Assembly (NCBI GenBank): GCA_050293845.1
Contig: JBNKNM010000120.1
Coordinates: forward strand, 1-15,701
DNA from: Pseudobacteriovorax sp.
GTDB taxonomy: Bacteria; Bdellovibrionota_B; Oligoflexia; Oligoflexales; Oligoflexaceae
Reading direction: 5' to 3'
Length of the DNA stretch: 15,701 nt
Part shown: positions 1-8,226 of the stretch, piece by piece
Layout: each line of letters begins with the position of its first letter
Numbering within the stretch: the first letter of the stretch is position 1
Notes under the pieces: model-generated
The model's input: the letters and a program-made list of their open reading frames with translations, nothing else
What the model was told of the DNA's origin: nothing
The model's database searches: none
Position numbers and translations under genes: made by a program

Positions 1-44
1 GACTGATAAATAAGGTGCAACTAACGTTTCGCCTGGGGGAGGTT

Positions 45-1007
45 ATGAAGTTAAGCTTTTCAATAGCAATAATTTTATCAGGGCTCTATCTTAGCTCCTG
101 TGGCTCCTTACAGCTTAAGGTTGGGCGCAAGGAAAAGATTCGGCCTGAATTTAAGCCCATGCCTCCGAAAGAGGAGGGCAGCATGCCGTCGCTGACACTC
201 TATAACTTTCAAAGTTTTCTAGATTCTTTCGAAAGCAAGATCGAAGATGATGGGGCAAAATTGGTAGCCCAATTACAGGATGGCCTGCGCTCGAAGCTAC
301 GTGGCTTTTTGGAGCAAATGGAAGATAGTGTTATTAAAAATGCTTCTGAGCCCATAAAGTTTGAGTCGCCCCTTTTCAATCGCTTAGTGGAACAAAACCA
401 AGTACGACTGAAGCCCAATGATCTGAAGTACTTTGACGAAGCCAAGCTTCTGGAAAATGCCTTGGGAGGGCTTCTAGCAGTTGCTGTTAATAATTCTGTG
501 GATCAACTCCCCGATCCTCAAAGACTTCCTCCTATTGATCTTCTAACAAGTGTGCTGTTCTATGATCTCGGAATCAATCTATCGGGCACGGGAGCTGTTG
601 CAGACACCGAAGAGGGGAAATTTCTTTCAAGCTCCCTTTCTTGGCAAGTGATTCCTGAAGTAGAAACACAATCACTGAGAACCAGTTCCATCAATTTTGA
701 GTTCGCAAAACAAAATGGGACGCGAGAGCTTACGTTTTCTTTTGCAGTATCAGGCCCCATGTTGGCTCATACCGCTGGATTTCAATTCTATATGTCGAGT
801 TCGGACAAGAACATCCAGGTACAGGTGCAATATGGCTATAAGAATAAGCAGGACCAATGGGAATCTCTCAGCATTGATCGTACGATTAAATTGACGGTGC
901 TATCAGATAGCAAAATGGAGTGGCAGGAGTCCATATTGACTAAAGATGGTCAAAGAGAGCAGACAGCTACTATCGACCTGGAAACTCTAATTGCTGAGCT
1001 TCTATAA
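45..1007 (+). CDS. Hypothetical lipoprotein
   Basis: Long ORF. GGAGGT precedes the ATG at 45, a better start than GTG 15. N-terminus MKLSFSIAIILSGLYLSSC has a hydrophobic core and lipobox LSSC. No domain recognised. Confidence 0.8.
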   Translation: MKLSFSIAIILSGLYLSSCGSLQLKVGRKEKIRPEFKPMPPKEEGSMPSLTLYNFQSFLDSFESKIEDDGAKLVAQLQDGLRSKLRGFLEQMEDSVIKNASEPIKFESPLFNRLVEQNQVRLKPNDLKYFDEAKLLENALGGLLAVAVNNSVDQLPDPQRLPPIDLLTSVLFYDLGINLSGTGAVADTEEGKFLSSSLSWQVIPEVETQSLRTSSINFEFAKQNGTRELTFSFAVSGPMLAHTAGFQFYMSSSDKNIQVQVQYGYKNKQDQWESLSIDRTIKLTVLSDSKMEWQESILTKDGQREQTATIDLETLIAELL

Positions 1008-1047
1008 GTTCTGATACGGTTATCCTTTAGTCTAATAGGGGGGTGCT

Positions 1048-1920
1048 GTGACAGTTGGGATTATTGGGGCCGGTGCTATCGGGACGATGATAGGGGCATA
1101 TGCTGATCAGGAAGGCTTTGGTGTTCAATTTATTGGTCGTAAGGGACCAATGAATCATCATCCTACGGTGAGCATAAATGATGGACCAATCGTCCGAATT
1201 AAGTCTGATAATAATCCCCCAGAGTTTTTTTTCTTAGCTGTAAAATCCTATCAAATTGTAGCGGCACTGCGCCAGCACCAGGAAATCTGTACTGGTAAAA
1301 CCGTTATCATCATTGCAAATGGCTGGTATGAGGACGAGCTGTCTGGGGAAATTAGAAAGCTATTTGATATTCGATGTGGATGCACCACCATTGCCTCTAG
1401 GTGGGACGGCAATAAGTTTAAAGTTTTAAATAACAATGGGTATCTTGTCTGGGAATCGGGCGCTGGAGCAGGGGATCTAGAAAAGAAACTATTACAACAT
1501 CTGGGGCCCTATGGATTCCAGGCTTCAGTTGGAGCCCGACAGATTCAGCAAAAAAAATGGCTGTTCAATACTGTCATTAATTCCTTATGCGGTGGGCTGA
1601 GCCTTGATCGAAATATCCAGATTTTAAATCACCAACGTGATCTCCGTGATCTTTTTATAGATGCCTATAATTTTGGAACTGTGATTTTTGGTGATTTTGG
1701 AGCCAGCCAAGAGGACCTGTTTTCCCAAGTAGAGTTGCTAATTAAAAATACAGCTGGCAATAAAAATTCGATGTATGCAGATATAGAAAAAAAGCAATTG
1801 ACGGAGAATTGCCATTTGGCAGGGCTCATTTTTAAACAGTCTTTAGATTCTGGAAGATTTAGAACATTGCGGAAATATGCGCGACTAATAGAGGACTACG
1901 ATCTCAGTGTCGCTTTGTAA
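1048..1920 (+). CDS. panE: 2-dehydropantoate 2-reductase (ketopantoate reductase, ApbA/PanE family)
   Basis: Rossmann motif GAGAIG, AVKSYQ, ANG, KKWLFNTVINSL (catalytic Lys region), NSMYAD and TENCHLAG (catalytic Glu). 290 aa is typical for the family. Confidence 0.88.
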   Translation: MTVGIIGAGAIGTMIGAYADQEGFGVQFIGRKGPMNHHPTVSINDGPIVRIKSDNNPPEFFFLAVKSYQIVAALRQHQEICTGKTVIIIANGWYEDELSGEIRKLFDIRCGCTTIASRWDGNKFKVLNNNGYLVWESGAGAGDLEKKLLQHLGPYGFQASVGARQIQQKKWLFNTVINSLCGGLSLDRNIQILNHQRDLRDLFIDAYNFGTVIFGDFGASQEDLFSQVELLIKNTAGNKNSMYADIEKKQLTENCHLAGLIFKQSLDSGRFRTLRKYARLIEDYDLSVAL

Positions 1921-2155
1921 TTACAATTTAATGCACCGCTTGGCTTCTTTACGGTACTTAATAGCGCAATTTCATCGATTTTTATCGGAGTTCTGAAAAC
2001 TAGAATTACCATAATTGCCGGAGTAGTGGGACATCTTTTCTCCAATTGTCTTGGTTTTCGGCTATTTAGGTTTACCTGAGATAGGAGTTATTGGTTCCTC
2101 CGCTAGCACCCTGATTTCCGCAGTAGTATGCCTCGGGCTCGGTCCGTTTTTTTAG
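1921..2155 (+). pseudogene. Internal fragment of a MATE-family efflux transporter gene
   Basis: Manual translation: LQFNAPLGFFTVLNSAISSIFIGVLKTRITIIAGVVGHLFSN from 1921, then a frameshift near 2045 to IVLVFGYLGLPEIGVIGSSASTLISAVVCL. This matches the MATE pattern G.gkT...N..LIFG.lG.P.lG..GAa.AT.is. No start codon. Confidence 0.7.
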
Positions 2156-2455
2156 GTCCACTTCATAGCAAGTTGCACCTCGTCATTGCCAGGGTAAAAC
2201 CCCAGCCTAATTTCGATTCAGTTTTCACAGATCAGGGCGATAAGACTGCCATTTTAGAAACTTCGGTCATCTGTGACAGAGTTTGGGTTCTATCATCGAA
2301 ATATACTTTGCCCTCAAAGCCAAGCTTTTGTGATCAACTGATCTATAGGGTAACCCTGACTCAATAATGTCCCCCATGTCCCTTCCAATCACTTGAATTT
2401 TCCTATAGATGTATAACAATCCACTACGATAACATTTACTAGTAAGGGATATTCA

Positions 2456-4004
2456 ATGAAAAAGCTGGCTTCGTTAATAATTTGCATAGTTGCGTCATGC
2501 CAAGCAAAAAAACAATCGACACTGCCTCATGAAGATCCTGTAGAAATAGGCCTATGTGGACAGGCTGGTGGCGGATTATCTATACTCGCACCGACTCTAG
2601 AAGAGGGGGAGAGATTGGATTTGGAAACTTTCAAGCTGAATGCTGATATGGTCTGGGTGGAGGATGAAAGCGCTCTTACCAAACAGGGTTGGTTAAAACT
2701 ATCCAGCGAAAGAATTTTAATTCGCGATAAAAGTAGGTCCTTAGCGCAGATTGTCGATGGAAAAACGGCGCTTAATAGAGTTATTTTAGAAGAAGTTCTT
2801 CTCCCCCCCTTGTGGAAGAATGTCCAAAGGCTTTTTTCACAAGTTCAAAACAGATAAATATTAGCTTTGGTACCTTTTCTTATGTGAATCCAAGGTTTTC
2901 AAGTCTTCAGCAGTTTAATATAGAAATCTTATCTGATGGTGAAAAAGTTCAAAGCTGCTCTAATGTCTCCATTAAAGATATAGCGAATTTAACATTTCCA
3001 AGCACAGTAGAACTAACATCTGTATCTACAAAGTAATTATAAAAGAGTCCAATTTCCTAGTGGATTATTTTGTACAGCGAGATAACTGCTCGTTATCGAT
3101 CGTTAATGACTCTTCCAGTCTAGTGCTAGCGGAAAGTAATAGAGATAGAAGAGATATTTGCTCAAGTATCCGATTGGCATTCACAAATCATAGCTGTTAA
3201 GTCCGAATGTACAGCCATTGGAGGGCGAATCTATTATTTGTTCCCAGGCGCGGACTATTGCACAGATTTTAATGGAGATATGTTAGAGTATTACCCTTCG
3301 TTGCATGAACAGTATAAGGCAGTATCCAAAATAACGGGTAGCTTTGAACCTGGTAAAATTTATAAGAAGCGGTCTTAGACTTTCGATAAACGAAATTGGC
3401 AAAAATCTACTTGTGGTAGGAAATCCTCGTGACATAGATAATTTTCTGAAGAATGTGAAACATGTTAATGGGGATCTTGAAGCCGTCGCCAATGGAGAGT
3501 TTAACTTCGATAGTTTACAATTCGTGAGCAGTCTCTATGTCGCAGGAGACAATCTATCTATTCATCTACCTAGATTGGAAGCTGCTCAAAAACTATCTTT
3601 TAGGAATGTTGAAAGCCTTTCCGTAGACAGACTAAGATTTGTTAACCTCCTAGGGCTATCTCAAGATCTTAACACGGCGAAACCTTCTATTCCTGGTTTT
3701 ATATTTCCAAATCTAGTTGGTATTAGAAGTTTATGGTTGAATGGCGTCCCAGTTGATAGTATCCCTAAAATGCCTTTATTTGGAAAATCTGTTGATTTAT
3801 AAAACTAAAATCACGGGACTTGAAAATAGTGGTTTAGACTCTATAGGTAGTTTTACTATTGATCGCGATTACTTTGATGTAACAAAGTCTTCCTCGCAAA
3901 ATAGAAAAAGATATTTCTCTTGAAGGATTGAAAAATATTTCGGATCTTTCGTTCATAGAGAATATCAACAGGGGATAACTTTGGAGTCTCTTTGGTTCGC
4001 TTAC
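2456..4004 (+). pseudogene. 5' part of a multiply frameshifted LRR/receptor-L-domain-like surface lipoprotein
   Basis: RBS AAGGGA and signal MKKLASLIICIVASC. Successive + strand pieces in changing frames (2456-2857, 2812-3036, about 3130-3340, 3344-3802, 3741-3923, about 3900-4004) carry repeats such as AVSKITGS, NVKHVNGDL, FPNLVGIRSLWL, LENLLIYKTKI, LKNISDLSFI and LESLWFAY. Confidence 0.65.
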
Positions 4005-4570
4005 GTTGCCTAAGATCCATGCGATTTTCTTTGGAGTGACCATGTTTCAGCTCTATCCTACCTTGATTTTTATACTTTTGCCCCGTGACATAAAAGGAAG
4101 TCGTGTCCATGTAGAGGAACTTTTTCAATATTTGGGGATCGAGCACAATGCCAAGACATATATCCGTAAAAAAGCGTGTGGCACCATATTCGTAGATGGC
4201 ATCCAGAGTCCTTGCTAGGACAGCTAAAAGCTCTTCCAAAGCATAATGGGAGAAGAACTCTGATGAAAAAGATAAAGCCTGCGACTTGCAAAGCCAAACC
4301 CTTGTAGAACCATCGCTAGGAGGGCTTGACCATGTGAAATCTTTTGATTGTGGCTGCGCTTAGGCAACAACCGGTCTATTTTTTCTATGATTTGATATTG
4401 CTTGAAGATAGCAACAATAATCCCAAGGTGACTGAGTAACTTCATCTCTGAAGTCGGAATCTTCATCGTTGTCCTCACTAGAACTGGTTGATTTTCCTAG
4501 TTTTAGTCATTATCTCTGATTTGGTTATTTCCTAAAAGACCATTTTTACAATTGAGCTGCCGAATGTCAG
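4005..4570 (-). mobile_element. Truncated, inactive IS1634-family insertion sequence (left end plus 5' part of the transposase)
   Basis: Probable ATG at 4466. HLGIIVAIFKQYQIIEKIDRLLP...SHGQALLAMVLQGFGF..RRLYL resembles DUF4277. After a frameshift near 4265 come LARTLDAIYEYG and DTTSFYVTG...HGHSKENRMDLRQ. The usual G.G....NDD segment is missing after EELL and similarity stops at about 4006. CTGACATTCGGCAG (minus strand from 4570) is the probable left terminus, recalled from family resemblance. Confidence 0.85.
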
Positions 4571-4624
4571 ATCATTGATCTTTTTAGAATCGGGTCGCGA
4601 TGATTTTGAAGTGAAAAATGTATT

Positions 4625-4717
4625 TGTTACAAGCTGTTACATCGATCTATGTCCCATTTTTCACAGCAACTTCTGATACCCGTTTTACTTTTGCTTTGCC
4701 ATGGGTTTTGCTATCGT
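4625..4717 (+). promoter_or_regulatory. Putative fdx-CYP153 promoter with tandem direct-repeat operator
   Basis: TGTTACA at 4625-4631 and 4635-4641 (10-bp period), a degenerate TGTCCCA at 4650-4656, an extended -10-like TGCTATCGT at 4709-4717, and RBS AAGGA before ATG 4748. Confidence 0.35.
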
Positions 4718-4747
4718 TATTTCTTTTATAGACAATAAGGAATCGCC

Positions 4748-5068
4748 ATGCCCTGTATTACCTTTATCGACCACAATGGAGTGGAGCGGACCGTGGATGC
4801 AGAGATCGGACTGTCGGTGATGGAAACTGCGATTGATAATGGCGTAGCTGGTATCGATGGCGATTGCGGGGGTAGTTGTTCATGCGCAACCTGTCATGTT
4901 TATGTTGACAAGGCCTGGCTTGCTAAGGTTGGACCACCCAATAGCAATGAAGACGCGATGTTAAATGTCGGTAATGATCGGCGGGACAATTCCCGTCTGG
5001 CTTGCCAAATAAAAATTAACGATGACCTCGATGGACTGGTTGTCACGACACCGGAATTTCAGTTTTAA
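4748..5068 (+). CDS. fdx: [2Fe-2S] ferredoxin, putidaredoxin/adrenodoxin type (P450 electron carrier)
   Basis: CGGSCSCATCHVYV and SRLACQI give four Cys ligands. 106 aa, directly upstream of a P450. Confidence 0.95.
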   Translation: MPCITFIDHNGVERTVDAEIGLSVMETAIDNGVAGIDGDCGGSCSCATCHVYVDKAWLAKVGPPNSNEDAMLNVGNDRRDNSRLACQIKINDDLDGLVVTTPEFQF

Positions 5069-5093
5069 CGGGTATTAATTTTATTTAGCGAGA

Positions 5094-6389
5094 ATGGTAA
5101 TGAACAAAATCGCTGGACAGGAACGAACAACTCCCGCCAAGAACAACTGGAGCATGGTCGGTCGCGGCCCCTACTCCATGCCCATTGAAGATATCGATTT
5201 ATCCCACCCCGGTATTTGGCAGGCCGACGAATATTTACCCTTTTTAGAACGCCTCCGTAACGAAGACCCCGTTCACTACTGCAGCACCTCAGCTGTTGGC
5301 CCTTACTGGTCAATCACCAAGTACAAAGACATCATGACGGTTGACACGTCGCCACACCTTTTTTCCTCGGAACCCACCATTGGCATTGTTGATATTCCAG
5401 TCGAAATCAACACACCCATGTTCATCGCCATGGACCCACCCAAACACGACGAACAACGCAAAGTGGTGCAAGGCGCGGTGGCACCTCGCAATTTAAAAAA
5501 CCTGGAAGGCATTATTCGCCAACGGGTTTATGATATTTTGGACAATTTACCTGTCGACCAAGAGTTTGATTGGGTACAGCAGGTATCCATTGAATTGACA
5601 ACACAAATGCTGGCTACGCTATTTGACTTTCCCTTTGAACAACGCAGCAAACTGACCTATTGGTCGGACGTCGCTACCGCCATTCCCGGACACGGTGTTG
5701 TTAGCTCCTACGAGGAACGGGGCGAAATAATGATGGATTGTCAAAATACCTTTGTCGATTTGTGGAATCAGCGCGTTAAGGATGCGCCGGACCCGCAATC
5801 ACCTTCGGCGGATTTTGTTTCGATGTTGGCCAATGGCGAATCCACTCGTCATATGCCAGCTAACGAATACTTGGGTAACGTGGTGTTATTAATCGTCGGC
5901 GGCAATGATACTACCCGCAATTCTATTTCCGGTGGTGTGTTGGCTCTAAACGAAAACCCCGACGAGTACCAAAAACTACGCGATAACCCCGACATTATCC
6001 CCAACATGGTCTCGGAAATTATTCGCTGGCAGACACCCCTGGCATATATGCGTCGTACCGCCAAAGTCGACACGGTATTGCGTGGCAAACAGATTAAAGC
6101 CGGTGATAAAGTGGTGATGTGGTATATCTCGGGCAATCGAGACGAAGAGGTTATTGCCAATGCCGATCAGTTTATTATTGATCGGCCCAATGCCCGTCAG
6201 CACTTATCCTTTGGTTTTGGTATTCACCGTTGCATGGGCAACCGCCTGGCTGAAATGCAATTGCGTATTTTGTGGGAAGAAATTATGCAACGCTTCCATT
6301 TTGTCGAGGTGGTTGGCGAGCCAGAGCGGGTATACAGCAGTTTTGTTAAAGGCTTTACCAAGTTACCGGTTAAGTTGCACCCTCTTTAG
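5094..6389 (+). CDS. Cytochrome P450, CYP153 family (terminal alkane/fatty-acid omega-hydroxylase)
   Basis: CYP153 signatures MFIAMDPPKHDEQR and LLIVGGNDTTRNS (I-helix), ExxR (EIIR), haem motif HLSFGFGIHRCMGNRLAE. Start may be 5094 or 5100. Confidence 0.95.
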   Translation: MVMNKIAGQERTTPAKNNWSMVGRGPYSMPIEDIDLSHPGIWQADEYLPFLERLRNEDPVHYCSTSAVGPYWSITKYKDIMTVDTSPHLFSSEPTIGIVDIPVEINTPMFIAMDPPKHDEQRKVVQGAVAPRNLKNLEGIIRQRVYDILDNLPVDQEFDWVQQVSIELTTQMLATLFDFPFEQRSKLTYWSDVATAIPGHGVVSSYEERGEIMMDCQNTFVDLWNQRVKDAPDPQSPSADFVSMLANGESTRHMPANEYLGNVVLLIVGGNDTTRNSISGGVLALNENPDEYQKLRDNPDIIPNMVSEIIRWQTPLAYMRRTAKVDTVLRGKQIKAGDKVVMWYISGNRDEEVIANADQFIIDRPNARQHLSFGFGIHRCMGNRLAEMQLRILWEEIMQRFHFVEVVGEPERVYSSFVKGFTKLPVKLHPL

Positions 6390-6723
6390 TCCTGTGCTGG
6401 AGAGAAACTCTAACATTTTAATATCATAGATATTTGTATTTTTGATACAGGCATGCTAAAAAGTCATATATGGAAGAATTTCAGACTAAAATCAGGTGGA
6501 CATTTAATTATTTCAAGCGGCTTATGTGGGAATTGTTGCAGGGTCTATGGAATTACTTTGTAAATCCATATCCAATCCTTTTGATTGTTGGTACCTATCG
6601 GCGGTTTAAGGGAAATTTCCAATCCATGAGCTCAACAATCTGTGATCAAGTTCGACTTCTAGGCCAACTTCTTTACCATGAATTTCATTCCATAGTGCGA
6701 ACTCAGAAGTCTCGTCCTTTGAA

Positions 6724-7401
6724 ATGAAAACCTATGATAATAATGGTGGTTCCGCTTTAACCTTAAGTGGCTTTGAAAATTTCACCCAAGTGAATGATGA
6801 ATTTATTTTCGATGTTGCGGTGGATAAAGGTCTTCATCCTTTTGTCTCACAAATCGATACGATCCTAGGGAAAGCGATGATTAGAGTACCGACGAATTGT
6901 ATCCCTGTGGATGTGGCACCGCTATTTTCTGGAATTGCTCAAGGTCAAATGAGTTCGCGTGGTTCGGTTTTGGAACACTTGTATAGAGCGCTATTTGATT
7001 CTGAAAAACCTTATGAAGAGATTCCAAACAATACTTATTATTCGAATCGTTACGCTTTTATAACGACTGAACCATGTGTAGAGGGTGTCGAGCCTGTAGA
7101 CCCATTGCTTTGGACCCTAGGAAAGAATGTCTATCTAGAGATAGATAGAAGAGAGCAAGTTTTGGAGTTATATGCGGCATTAATGCCTGATAAAAGCGAT
7201 GCAGAGCTAACACTAGCAAGGGAGGGGCACTGTGAGTGGATCGATGCTAGTTTTAGCCACTCTACTAGCATTGCCTATATTGATGGCACCGTTCCTGAAG
7301 ACTTTATGGGACACAGTTGCAAGATCACTATTACTGCGGCAAAAGGAACTGTACACGAGTCGACTAGGACTTGGGAGATTAGTTGGCGGGAAAGCAGCTG
7401 A
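6724..7401 (+). CDS. Hypothetical protein, possibly the 3' remnant of the LRR/receptor-L-like pseudogene
   Basis: 225-aa ORF without a clear RBS. The frame is open upstream of the ATG to a TGA at 6679. LTLSGFENFTQVNDEFIF resembles the repeats at 3344-4004. Confidence 0.5.
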   Translation: MKTYDNNGGSALTLSGFENFTQVNDEFIFDVAVDKGLHPFVSQIDTILGKAMIRVPTNCIPVDVAPLFSGIAQGQMSSRGSVLEHLYRALFDSEKPYEEIPNNTYYSNRYAFITTEPCVEGVEPVDPLLWTLGKNVYLEIDRREQVLELYAALMPDKSDAELTLAREGHCEWIDASFSHSTSIAYIDGTVPEDFMGHSCKITITAAKGTVHESTRTWEISWRESS

Positions 7402-7436
7402 GCGTTTAGATTCAAGCTGGAAAGTGCCTTCACTGA

Positions 7437-7775
7437 TTATTTCATTGTAGGACAAAAATTGGTAACTGATTCCTCATCCACAACGGTGAGGACTATGGTG
7501 CTTTCTTCTCGTCCAAAAGGCTGAACTAGGCATCCAGTCTTTGTGACTTTCACTTGGTGTGCTCCAGTAATTCCAGAGCTACTGGCCTGAACTTGACTGC
7601 CCGAGAATGGGGATTTGGGACGGATTAATGTGTGACTCTCCGATTTCACAATAGCGAATGTCAGAGTTAATGCTGTTGGATACAGATGACAAAAGTCGCA
7701 GCCGATGATGCCAAACCCAATCAAGACTGTAATCATAACCAAGCGAATATATTTGATATTTAGGAAATTATTCAA
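7437..7775 (-). CDS. Small hypothetical lipoprotein/exported protein
   Basis: 112-aa ORF with basic then hydrophobic N-terminus ending IIGC. TTG start with weak AGGGT RBS. Confidence 0.45.
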   Translation of the reverse strand: MNNFLNIKYIRLVMITVLIGFGIIGCDFCHLYPTALTLTFAIVKSESHTLIRPKSPFSGSQVQASSSGITGAHQVKVTKTGCLVQPFGREESTIVLTVVDEESVTNFCPTMK

Positions 7776-8226
7776 ATATAGACCCTAATGTCTTAGGGTT
7801 AGCTATATTAGCATGCTTGGTACCTAATTTTACGAACAAATAGAATCTTAATATAGCTTTTTCCTGATATATGCCAATTACTACTTTTCTTTAGATTTTC
7901 TACTTCTTCTCCAGGACAGGGATTTTTGTTCCCGCAAGAAGTTCTATTCAGGAAGTGGTAGCCATTTATAATAGTAAATGTAAATGAATTCTATCGACAA
8001 CGCCCTATACCAATGTTTTTTGGTTAAGTCTAATCCAACAAGAGAATAGATCATAATATTCTATATCGAAAAATAGTTAAAAAATCGTTAAAAACGCTAA
8101 TTCTCATAGAAATAAATTATTTCAAACCTAATAATCAATTACCCTACCCGCCCATTGTTATCACGAAGCCGGCAATGATTGCTCTCGTTTGACGACTAAA
8201 CTCTCCGAAACACTAGATCGAACGGT

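Noticed and set aside
209..1436. Short ORFs antisense or out of frame within the lipoprotein and panE genes, and similar ones inside CYP153, the Sel1 gene and the protease
   Set aside because: They overlap well-supported genes and show no motifs or RBS, so they are shadow ORFs.
2128..2367. 79-aa ORF
   Set aside because: No RBS or recognisable motif, and it overlaps the MATE remnant.
4695..4712. Sigma-54-like TTGCCATGGGTTTTGCT upstream of fdx
   Set aside because: The invariant -24 GG is GC.
6470..6727. 85-aa ORF as an independent gene
   Set aside because: No RBS or motif. Better explained as degraded sequence of the LRR-like pseudogene.
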